The translations under genes were made by a program, and so were the position numbers. From positions 1,035 through 65,034 of the forward strand of contig JACPOW010000001.1 of assembly GCA_016191335.1 (NCBI GenBank): DNA of 64,000 nucleotides. The letters are read 5' to 3'. Origin of the DNA: Elusimicrobiota bacterium (GTDB taxonomy: Bacteria > Elusimicrobiota > Elusimicrobia > UBA1565 > UBA9628). Positions 30,942-39,201 of the stretch are shown piece after piece. The number at the start of each line of letters is the position of its first letter. The stretch's first letter is position 1. Under the pieces are notes generated by a model that was not told the DNA's origin, made no database searches, and worked only from the letters and a program-made list of their open reading frames with translations.

Positions 30942-31822
30942 CCACGCTCAAGAAGACGAAGACCTCGATCCCCCAGACCGAGCTGATGAGCTCGGGCCAC
31001 CTGGCCTGCCAGGGCTGCGGCGCGACGATGGCGATGCGCTACGCGCTCAAGGGCCTGGGCGACCGGACCGTCATGGTCGTCCCCGCCTGCTGCTGGACCG
31101 TGATCTCCGGGGCCAATCCGCGCAGCTCGATCAACCTGCCGCTGCTGCACAGCCCCTTCGCCGCGGCCGCGGCCACGGCGACCGGCGTCAAGGCCGGCCT
31201 CGTCTCCCGCGGCGACAAGGAGACGACCGTCGTGGCCTGGGCCGGCGACGGCGGCACCTTCGACATCGGCATCCAGGCGCTGTCCGGCGCCGCCGACCGC
31301 AACGAGGACATCCTCTACGTCTGCTACGACAACGAGGCCTACATGAACACCGGGGTGCAGCGCAGCGGCGGCACGCCCTCCGGCGCGTGGACGATGTCCA
31401 CCCCCGGCGGGAGCTCGCGCCCGAAGAAGGACCTCGACGCGATCATGCTCGCCCACCACATCCCCTATTTCGCCACCGCCACGCCGGCCTACGCCGAGGA
31501 CATGGTGCGCAAGTTCGCCAAGGCGCGGACGGTCAAGGGCTTCCGCTTCATCCACATCCTCTCCCCGTGCCCCCCCGGCTGGAAGACCGACCCGATGGAC
31601 AGCACCAAGCTCTCCCGCCTGGCCGTGCAGACCGGCCTGTTCCGCCTCTACGAGGTGGAGGAGGGCGTGATGAAGCTCAACATGAACGTGGCCAACCGCA
31701 AGCCCGTCGCGGAATACCTGAAGGCGCAGGGCCGCTTCAAGAACATGCCCCCGGATGAGATGTCCGCGATCCAGGCCCGCGTCGACGCGTTCTGGGAGAG
31801 CGAGAAGGGGCGGCCGTCATGA
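30938..31822 (+). CDS. 2-oxoacid:ferredoxin oxidoreductase, beta subunit (ThDP-binding)
   Basis: 294 aa from ATG 30938 (ATGA overlap). Contains GHLACQGCG, AWAGDGGTFDIG and YDNEAYMNTG. Confidence 0.85.
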   Translation: MTTLKKTKTSIPQTELMSSGHLACQGCGATMAMRYALKGLGDRTVMVVPACCWTVISGANPRSSINLPLLHSPFAAAAATATGVKAGLVSRGDKETTVVAWAGDGGTFDIGIQALSGAADRNEDILYVCYDNEAYMNTGVQRSGGTPSGAWTMSTPGGSSRPKKDLDAIMLAHHIPYFATATPAYAEDMVRKFAKARTVKGFRFIHILSPCPPGWKTDPMDSTKLSRLAVQTGLFRLYEVEEGVMKLNMNVANRKPVAEYLKAQGRFKNMPPDEMSAIQARVDAFWESEKGRPS

Positions 31823-31998
31823 CGCCGCGCAAGAGCAAGTGCGTCGAGTGCCGCCACTGCGACATGCAGCTCGACCCCAAGAAGGGCTCGCGCCATCACT
31901 GCGCGCGCAAGAAGCGCGTCCTCCCCGCCAACGTGACCTCGCGCCCGGCGTGCGACCGCTTCGAGGCGCCCAAGCCGTCCGGCCACTGGGGACCCTAG
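31819..31998 (+). CDS. 59-aa 4-Cys miniprotein (C-x2-C-x16-C-x16-C), translationally coupled to the beta subunit
   Basis: Below the ORF-track cutoff. ATGA overlap with the beta stop. Product MTPRKSKCVECRHCDMQLDPKKGSRHHCARKKRVLPANVTSRPACDRFEAPKPSGHWGP. Almost every codon ends in G/C, as in real genes here. A paralogous module sits at 37204-37356. Confidence 0.6.
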   Translation: MTPRKSKCVECRHCDMQLDPKKGSRHHCARKKRVLPANVTSRPACDRFEAPKPSGHWGP

Positions 31999-32047
31999 CC
32001 GCCCCCCCGCCGACTTTCGTATCCTCATCCTCACGCTGGAGAAAACC

Positions 32048-34378
32048 ATGCCCACCGTCACCGCCGCCGAACAATTCACGCTGAGGCCCCGCCGCGCCGT
32101 CTACCTGAAGCCCGAGCCCGCCGCCTTCGAGGGCGTCGAGACGCTCGAGGCGATGGACGCCGCCTACCGCGCCCTGTGCGCGATCCTCTTCAACTTCGTG
32201 CCGAACTCCGGCCATCCGGGAGGCAGCATCTCCTCGGGGCGCATCGTCTCCTCCCTCCTCTACAAGAACCTGCGCTACGACTTCTCCCGCCCCGACACGA
32301 TCGACAACGACGTCCTCGTCTACGCCGCCGGCCACAAGGCGATGGGCCTGTACGGGATGTACGCCCTGCGCGACGAGTGGGTCCGCATCGCGCGCCCCGA
32401 CCTCCTGCCCTCCGAGCGCCGCCGCCTGCGCCTCGAGGACCTGCTCGGCTTCCGCCGCAACCCGACGCAGTCGACGCCCCTCTTCCGCCAGTTCAAGTGC
32501 ATGGCCCTCGACGGCCATCCGACCCCGATGACGCCCTTCGTGCCCGTCGCCACGGGCGCCTCCGGCGTCGGCGACTGCACCGGCGTCGGCCTGGCGCTCG
32601 CCGCGATGGACGCCTTCGGGCCCAAGGGCCCCCGCGTCCACCTCCTCGAGGGCGAAGGCGGCATGACCGCCGGGCGCGTGCACGAGGCGCTGGCCACCGC
32701 GGCCACCGCGGGCCTGTCGAACGCCATCATGCACCTGGACTGGAACCAGGCCTCGATCGACTCCGACCGCGTCACCGCCGAGGGCGACAAGCCCGGCGAC
32801 TACGTGCAGTGGGACCCGCGCGAGCTGCTGTACATGAACGACTGGAACCTCGTCGAGGCCGGCGACGGCAGCGACTTCCGCCGCGTGCTGGCCGCCCAGC
32901 AGGCCGCGCTCTCCCTCGACAACGGCCAGCCCACCGCGATCGTGTACCGCACGACCAAGGGCTGGAAGTACGGCATCGAGGGCAAGGGCTCCCACGGCGC
33001 GGGCCACGCTTTCTGCTCCGACGCCTTCTACAAGGCCGTCGAGCCTTTCGAGACCGCGTTCGGCGTGAAGCTCCCCCGCTTCGAAGGGGAGAAGACCCCG
33101 GACCGCGTCGAGGCGGCGTACTGGGAGACCTTGCTCACCATGCGCAAGGCGTTCGAGACGAAGCGCCCCGACGTGGCGCGCTTCGCGGCCGGGCGCGTGG
33201 CCGAAGCGGGCGCGGCGACCCCGAAGGGGCGCGCCGTCCGCGCCGGCGGGCCCGACCTGGCGGCGCTGTACGCCTCCGACCTCAAGGCCGAGGTCACGCC
33301 CGAGCCCCTCAAGCTCGAGACCGGCAAGGCCGCCACCATCCGAGGCGCCTTGGGCGACGCTTTGGGCTACCTCAACACCGTCACCAAGGGCGCCATCATC
33401 GCGTGCGCGGCCGACCTGGCCGAGTCCACGAGCGTCTCCCCGATCAACAAGGCCTTCGCCAAGGGCTGGTTCCACGCCAAGAACAACCCCGTCTCGCGCC
33501 TGATCTCCGTCGGCGGCATCTGCGAGGACGCGATGGGCGGCGTGATGGCCGGGGCCTCGAGCCTGGGCCTGCACATCGGCGTGTCGAGCTCCTACTCCGC
33601 CTTCATCGCCGCGCTCGAGCACGTCCCCGCGCGCCTGCACTCCATCGGCCAGCAGATGCGCCACGAGGCGACGGGCGAGCCCAACCGCGTCTGGATCATG
33701 GTCAACGCCCACGCCGGCCCGCTCACCGGCGAGGACGGCCCGACCCACGCCTGTCCTCAGGCCCTGCAGCTGCTGCAGGACAACTTCCCGAAGGGCTCGC
33801 TGATCACGCTCACGCCCTGGGACCCGTCGGAGGTCTGGCCGCTCGTGATGGAATCCCTGCGCGCCCGCCCCGCCGTGCTGGCCCCGTTCGTCACGCGCCC
33901 GGCCTGCCCGGTGCCGGACCGCGCGAAGATGGGATTGCCGCCCGCGTCCGCGGCGGCCAAGGGCATCTACGCGGTGCGCCGCGGCGGCAAGAAGACCGTC
34001 GTCCTGCAGGGCCACGGCGTGGCGCATCACTTCATGCGCGACGTCCTGCCCAAGCTCGACGCCGCGGGCGTCAAGCTCAACGTCTTCTACGTGGCCAGCG
34101 CCGAGCTCTACGACCGCCTCAGCCCCGCCGAAAAGGAGGAAGTCTTCCCGCCCGAGCTGGCCTTCAACTCCATGGGCATCACGGACTTCACCTTGGCCAC
34201 GATGTGGCGCTGGGTGCGCTCCGACGCGGGGCTGGCGGCGACGCTGTATCCGGCGAAGACCTTGGGCTACCTGGGCAGCGGCTCGGGCGACAAGGTCCTC
34301 GAGCAGGCGGGCCTGACCGGCCCCGGACAGCTGGCGGCGATCACGGCCTGGGTCGCCGGCGGCGATTCGAGAGACTGA
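32048..34378 (+). CDS. long transketolase-family ThDP enzyme (776 aa), atypical
   Basis: Contains HPGGSISSG, LLEGEGGMTAG...LDWNQASID and TGEDGPTH. GGAGAAAACC Shine-Dalgarno upstream. An extra segment of roughly 100 aa lies between the PP and Pyr domains. Confidence 0.75.
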   Translation: MPTVTAAEQFTLRPRRAVYLKPEPAAFEGVETLEAMDAAYRALCAILFNFVPNSGHPGGSISSGRIVSSLLYKNLRYDFSRPDTIDNDVLVYAAGHKAMGLYGMYALRDEWVRIARPDLLPSERRRLRLEDLLGFRRNPTQSTPLFRQFKCMALDGHPTPMTPFVPVATGASGVGDCTGVGLALAAMDAFGPKGPRVHLLEGEGGMTAGRVHEALATAATAGLSNAIMHLDWNQASIDSDRVTAEGDKPGDYVQWDPRELLYMNDWNLVEAGDGSDFRRVLAAQQAALSLDNGQPTAIVYRTTKGWKYGIEGKGSHGAGHAFCSDAFYKAVEPFETAFGVKLPRFEGEKTPDRVEAAYWETLLTMRKAFETKRPDVARFAAGRVAEAGAATPKGRAVRAGGPDLAALYASDLKAEVTPEPLKLETGKAATIRGALGDALGYLNTVTKGAIIACAADLAESTSVSPINKAFAKGWFHAKNNPVSRLISVGGICEDAMGGVMAGASSLGLHIGVSSSYSAFIAALEHVPARLHSIGQQMRHEATGEPNRVWIMVNAHAGPLTGEDGPTHACPQALQLLQDNFPKGSLITLTPWDPSEVWPLVMESLRARPAVLAPFVTRPACPVPDRAKMGLPPASAAAKGIYAVRRGGKKTVVLQGHGVAHHFMRDVLPKLDAAGVKLNVFYVASAELYDRLSPAEKEEVFPPELAFNSMGITDFTLATMWRWVRSDAGLAATLYPAKTLGYLGSGSGDKVLEQAGLTGPGQLAAITAWVAGGDSRD

Positions 34379-34384
34379 GCCCGG

Positions 34385-36964
34385 TCACCTCGCGCGCAGC
34401 AGGACGTCTTCAGGTCCCGACAGGGACGGCGTCTGGTCGCGGTTCTGGCGGCGCGCCTCGTCCTGGACCTTGGGCTTGAGGTAGGAGTGCAGGGAGGCCG
34501 TCGTGACCGGCCCGCCCGCCGACAGCCCCTTGAGCAGGTGGTAGGTGAACAGGCCGTGGCCCTGCTCCTTGAGCACGCTCGTGATCTGGTCGGGCTGGGT
34601 CGCCGCGAGCACCGAGAGGCGGCCCGTCGCGGGCTTCTGCAGCCTCGACACGAGCGGCCGCGCGCCCTCGGAGAGCACGGAGCGCCCTCCCGCTCCCGAG
34701 AAGCAGGCGTCGAGCAGGACGACGACCTGCTTCGCCTTGAGGCCGTCGAGCGTCTTATAGAGCCGGTCCACGGGATACGCCGTGTCCGCGAGGAACGAGG
34801 CGTCGCCGTCCCACGGCATCAGGAACGCCCGGCCCGTCGACGGGTCGGGCGCGCCGTGCCCCGAGAAATAGAAGAAGACCCGGCTGCGCTCGTTCGCGTT
34901 CTTGGGCAGCCAGCTCTCGAGGTACTTGGCGAGCGCGGAGCGCCCGGCCTTGGCGCCCGAGAGCAGGATGAGGTTGCGCTCGGGCACGCCGAGAGCCTTG
35001 AGGTGACGGCGCACCGCGGCCGCGTCGCGTTCGGCGAAGAGCGCCTTCGGAAGCTCGGAGTACTCCTCGACGCCGACGACGATCGCGAAGGCGTCGGGAT
35101 CCTCGGGCAAGGCGTAGCCGGGCTTGTCCGCGTCGGAGACGAGCGCCGGCGCCGCGGCCGGCGGCGCGACGGCGACGGCGGCCTTCTTCTCGCGCGCGGC
35201 GGCCGCCGCCACGGCCTGATCGACGAGGCGATGCACGTCGGGCGTTGGAGCGGCGGGCTTGCCGCGCGCGGACGCGGAGCGCAGGATGTTCAATGTCTCG
35301 GCGCCCTTCGCGTGGTCGTAGGGCGTCTTCTGGCTGTTGTCCTGCCACAAGGGATCGGCGCCCTTGGCGAGCAGCCAGCTCACCATCTTCGCGTTCCCCT
35401 GCTCGGCGGCGCGCGTCAGCGCGGTGAACCCGATCTGGTCGGGCCGGTCGATTCTGGCGCCTCCCGCCAGCAGCGCCTGCGCGGACTCGAGGGAGCAGTC
35501 GGGCCGCACGGCGCAGCCCGCGAGCGGCGCCTCATCGCGCGCGCCGTCTCCCTGGTTCGGGTCGGCCCCCGCGGCGAGCAGCCGCTTGACGACGTCCGGC
35601 CACTCGAGCGCCATCGTGAGCGGAGGCTCCTTGCGTCCGGAGCGCAAGGACAGGTCCGGCTTGTGCTTGAGCAGAGCGGCGAGCAGCGGCTCCGAAGGCT
35701 TCGGGCGCGGCCACGGCGGGCCCTCGAGCAGGCGCGTGAGCGCCGTGTAGCCTTTCGCGTCGGGGGCGTCGAGCTTCGCGCCGGCGGCGAGCAGCGCCTC
35801 GAGGGACTCGGGGCCGCAGTCCTTCTCCCCCTCGGAATGCCGGCTCGTCAGATAGGTGAGCGGAGTCAGCCCGCGCTCGGCGTCCGCCTGCTCGGGATCG
35901 GCGCCGTGCTTGAGGGCCCAGTCCAACAGTTCGGGGTCGCACGCGACGCGGTGAAGCGGGGGACGTCCCCCGGACATCAGGCCGCGATGCCCCGGATGCG
36001 ACAGGAGCAGCTTGACAGCCTCGCGATTGCCCGCGGCCAGGGCGGTCTCAAGAGGCACCTCCCCTTCCCTGACGCAGGAAACAGGGTCCCCGCCAGGGTA
36101 GGCCAGCAGCCAGCGCAGCGCGGGCGTCAGCGCCGGCGAAGCGGCGGCGCGAGCCAGCGAGACTCTGCGCAGGCACCATGGGGATTCGAAGGCGACGCCG
36201 CGCGACACGATCAGGTCGGCGAGAGCCGGATCGGGCCGCTCGACCTCGAACAGCGCGCGATCAACCGCACCGTCTACAATGTAATCAGGCCCGATCTTCA
36301 GAGTGGGGCTCGACTCGAGGACCAAGCGCAGAGTCTGAGTGTCGCCACGGACGCCCGCCCGCGGCCAATCCGAATCGAACGGATAACCGGAGGCGAGCAG
36401 GCCCCGCGCCGCCTCGGGGCAGACACTCGAGGGGGCCGGTTGAAGCTTGGCGCCGCGCTTGATGAGCAGCTCGAAATGCTTCATGCAGCATTCGCCGGCG
36501 GCACGGTATAGCGGACCGTCGTAGACGTCTTTCGGGTGGGCGTTGGGCGAAGCACCTCCGTCGAGCAGGACCTCGAGCAAAGCGGGGTTCTCGCGGCCTT
36601 GAGGGCAGCCGCTGTGATAGGTCAACTGGGAGGTCATGTTCCCCTTGTTGCTCACGTCGGCGCGAACGCCGGCCGCGAGAAGCCGTTTGACGGTCTCGGT
36701 GCCGCGCTGCATGGCGAACTTGAGCAGGGACAGCTGATCCTCGTCGGCGGAAGGGACCTTCACGCCGGCGGCGAGCAGCAGATGGACGGACCCGGTCGAC
36801 CCGGATCTCAACGCCTCCTGAAGATGCGCGGTCTTGGGCTTGCGCTCCTTGAGAAGCTCGGCGACCTTCGCCGGGTCTCCCAGCGCGTCCATGAGGGGGT
36901 CTTTCGCGGCGGCGATCGAAGGCAGGACGGCGGCGAGCAGCAGGGCGGGGAGCAAAGTCCTCAT
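34385..36964 (-). CDS. secreted ankyrin-repeat protein with a C-terminal caspase-family (C14) domain
   Basis: 859 aa from ATG 36964 (signal MRTLLPALLLAAVLPSIAAA). At least 8 ankyrin-like repeats (G[AG][AD][PL][ND] turns, e.g. LLAAGADPNQGD, LAKGADPLWQD). The C-terminus has the His-Cys dyad context FFYFSGHGAP and VVLLDACFSGAGG. Confidence 0.8.
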   Translation of the reverse strand: MRTLLPALLLAAVLPSIAAAKDPLMDALGDPAKVAELLKERKPKTAHLQEALRSGSTGSVHLLLAAGVKVPSADEDQLSLLKFAMQRGTETVKRLLAAGVRADVSNKGNMTSQLTYHSGCPQGRENPALLEVLLDGGASPNAHPKDVYDGPLYRAAGECCMKHFELLIKRGAKLQPAPSSVCPEAARGLLASGYPFDSDWPRAGVRGDTQTLRLVLESSPTLKIGPDYIVDGAVDRALFEVERPDPALADLIVSRGVAFESPWCLRRVSLARAAASPALTPALRWLLAYPGGDPVSCVREGEVPLETALAAGNREAVKLLLSHPGHRGLMSGGRPPLHRVACDPELLDWALKHGADPEQADAERGLTPLTYLTSRHSEGEKDCGPESLEALLAAGAKLDAPDAKGYTALTRLLEGPPWPRPKPSEPLLAALLKHKPDLSLRSGRKEPPLTMALEWPDVVKRLLAAGADPNQGDGARDEAPLAGCAVRPDCSLESAQALLAGGARIDRPDQIGFTALTRAAEQGNAKMVSWLLAKGADPLWQDNSQKTPYDHAKGAETLNILRSASARGKPAAPTPDVHRLVDQAVAAAAAREKKAAVAVAPPAAAPALVSDADKPGYALPEDPDAFAIVVGVEEYSELPKALFAERDAAAVRRHLKALGVPERNLILLSGAKAGRSALAKYLESWLPKNANERSRVFFYFSGHGAPDPSTGRAFLMPWDGDASFLADTAYPVDRLYKTLDGLKAKQVVVLLDACFSGAGGRSVLSEGARPLVSRLQKPATGRLSVLAATQPDQITSVLKEQGHGLFTYHLLKGLSAGGPVTTASLHSYLKPKVQDEARRQNRDQTPSLSGPEDVLLRAR

Positions 36965-37034
36965 CCGGCCGATTGTACCCGTTCGACGGATTTTGGACAA
37001 GCCCGGCTGGCAGGTTTGTTGCATTTCAGACGAC

Positions 37035-37187
37035 ATGAAAAAGTGCCCTGATTGTCGCAATCCCGTCACTTCGCTGATGTTCCTCGACGGCAAGCTCGTC
37101 CCCGAGCACTACTGCGAGCGCTGCTGTAAGAGCGTCGCCCCCGTGGTGAAGCCCGTCGCGGCGCCCCGGGAAGCGGTCCCCGCCTAA
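37035..37187 (+). CDS. 50-aa zinc-ribbon-like protein (CxxC-x19-CxxC)
   Basis: Product MKKCPDCRNPVTSLMFLDGKLVPEHYCERCCKSVAPVVKPVAAPREAVPA. It ends 16 nt before the CoA-transferase A gene. No clear Shine-Dalgarno. Confidence 0.45.
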   Translation: MKKCPDCRNPVTSLMFLDGKLVPEHYCERCCKSVAPVVKPVAAPREAVPA

Positions 37188-37203
37188 GACCCCCAGGGGC
37201 CTC

Positions 37204-38370
37204 ATGCCGAAGACCGGCGCCCCCGTCTGCTCGGACTGCGGCTGGCTGGAGACGCGGACCAGCGCCGACGGCCGCTCGTTGCGCTTCTGCGTCAAGCACG
37301 GCATGCCGCGCTCCGCGGTCGACCTCCTCTCCGCGCCCTGCAGCGACTTCAAGCCCCTGGAGACGACGGGAGTCCTCCCCGCCCAGCCCCCGCTCCCCCC
37401 GCCGGTCCGGCCGCTGCCGGAACCGCCGCTGTTCCAGCCGCCGGACCCCGACGGCTTCCGCCGCTTCCTGCGCGACGACAAGGATTTTTCGCTCCGCTCG
37501 AAACTGATGGACGAGCGCCAGGCGGTCAAGCGCTTCATCCGCACCGGCGACTACATCGGCTTCGAGCTGTACGGCACGGTCCGCTGCCCGATGTCGGTGG
37601 TGCGCGAGATCGCGCGCCGGAAGATCGGCGGCCTGCGCCTGATGGGCCAGGGCCTGATGGACGCCGACTTCCTGATCGCCTCCGGCCTCGTCGACGAGAT
37701 GGACATCACCTACGTGGGCTACGAGGCCTACGGCCTCTCCCCCATCCTGCGCCGCGCCGTCGAGGGCGGCGCGCTCAAGCTCGCGGAATGGTCCAACGCC
37801 GCCATCACCTGGCGCATGAAGGCGGCGGCGATGGGCCTGCCGTTCCTGCCCGCGCGGACCATGCTCGGCACCGACACGCTCGCCCGCAGCCCGGCCAAGA
37901 CGATGAAGGACCCCTTCACCGGCATGGACCTGACCTTGCTGCCGGCGCTCGTCCTCGACACGGCGGTCATCCACGTCCACCGCGCCGACAAGTTCGGCAA
38001 CTGCCAGATCGACGGCATCTCCGGCTTCGCCGTCGAGATGTCCCGGGCCTGCAAGCGCCTCATCGTCAGCGCCGAGGAGATCGTCGACACCGAGGTGTTC
38101 CGCAGGACGCCCGAGCGCACCGTCATCCCCTATTTCCTCGTCGACGCCGTCGTCCCCGCGCCCTTCGGCGCGCACCCCGGCGAGACCTGCGGCGTCTACC
38201 GCCGCGACGAGCCGCACATCAAGGCCTACCTCGAGGCGACGCGGTCCGAGGAAGCGACCAAGGAATATCTCGACGAGTTCATCCACGGCGTGAAGGACCA
38301 CGCCGCCTATCTCAAGCGCGTCGGCGCCGCCCGCCTGGGCAAGCTGAAGGTGAGGAAGAATGAGCGCTGA
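37204..38370 (+). CDS. family-I CoA-transferase subunit A (glutaconate-CoA-transferase-like) with a ~100-aa N-terminal 4-Cys + Pro-rich extension
   Basis: 388 aa. The canonical domain begins near KLMDERQAVKRFIRTGDYIGFE. The extension MPKTGAPVCSDCGWLETRTSADGRSLRFCVKHGMPRSAVDLLSAPCSDFKP has high GC3 and the same Cys spacing as ORF 31819-31998. Confidence 0.8.
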   Translation: MPKTGAPVCSDCGWLETRTSADGRSLRFCVKHGMPRSAVDLLSAPCSDFKPLETTGVLPAQPPLPPPVRPLPEPPLFQPPDPDGFRRFLRDDKDFSLRSKLMDERQAVKRFIRTGDYIGFELYGTVRCPMSVVREIARRKIGGLRLMGQGLMDADFLIASGLVDEMDITYVGYEAYGLSPILRRAVEGGALKLAEWSNAAITWRMKAAAMGLPFLPARTMLGTDTLARSPAKTMKDPFTGMDLTLLPALVLDTAVIHVHRADKFGNCQIDGISGFAVEMSRACKRLIVSAEEIVDTEVFRRTPERTVIPYFLVDAVVPAPFGAHPGETCGVYRRDEPHIKAYLEATRSEEATKEYLDEFIHGVKDHAAYLKRVGAARLGKLKVRKNER

Positions 38371-39127
38371 GAAGGCCAACGCCACCGAGCGCCTCGCCTG
38401 CACCGCGGCCCGCCTGATGAAGGGCCGCACGACCGTCTTCATCGGCACCGGCGTGCCGATGCTGGCCGCGTCGCTCGCCCGCGCCCTGTACGCGCCCTCG
38501 CTCATCCCCGTCTTCGAGTTCGGCGGCGTCGGCTCGACCCTCGAGAAGCTGCCGCTCGCCGTCGGCGAGCACAACTCCTTCCGCCGCGGCGTCGCGGCGA
38601 TGGGCATCTGCGACGTGATGGAGGCCGCGCAGCGCGGCGTGGTGCGAGACGGCTTCCTCGGCGGCGCGCAGATCGACCCGTACGGCAACCTGAACACGAC
38701 CGTGATCGGCCCCTACGACGACCCCGCGGTGCGCCTGCCCGGCTCGGGCGGGGCCAACGACGTCGGCTCCCTGTGCTGGCGCACGATCATCATCATGAAG
38801 CACGAGCGCAAGCGCTTCGTGCCGAAGGTGGATTTCCTGACCACGCCGGGCTACCTCGACGGCCCCGGCGCCCGCGAGCGCGCGGGCCTGCCGCCGGAGA
38901 CGGGCCCCTACCGCGTCGTGACCGACCTCGCCGTCTTCGACTTCGACCCGGGCTCCAAGCGCATGCGCCTGATCGCGCTGAACCCCGGCGTGACCACGGA
39001 GCGCGTCGCCGCCGAGACCGGCTTCCCTTTCCCCATCGCCGACCGGGTCACGCTCAACGCCGACCCGACCCCGCTCGAGCTTCGGACTTTGCGCCGCAAG
39101 ATCGACCCCGACAAGGTCTTCCTCTGA
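38360..39127 (+). CDS. family-I CoA-transferase subunit B
   Basis: 255 aa. GGAQIDPYGNLNTTVIG...RLPGSGGANDV pattern. Overlaps subunit A by 11 nt. Confidence 0.8.
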   Translation: MSAEKANATERLACTAARLMKGRTTVFIGTGVPMLAASLARALYAPSLIPVFEFGGVGSTLEKLPLAVGEHNSFRRGVAAMGICDVMEAAQRGVVRDGFLGGAQIDPYGNLNTTVIGPYDDPAVRLPGSGGANDVGSLCWRTIIIMKHERKRFVPKVDFLTTPGYLDGPGARERAGLPPETGPYRVVTDLAVFDFDPGSKRMRLIALNPGVTTERVAAETGFPFPIADRVTLNADPTPLELRTLRRKIDPDKVFL

Positions 39128-39201
39128 CCCGACTGCTGCTCGTCGACCTGATCCCCGATACCGCGGTCCACCACCCGCGGACGATCACCTTTCCGTTCCT
39201 G

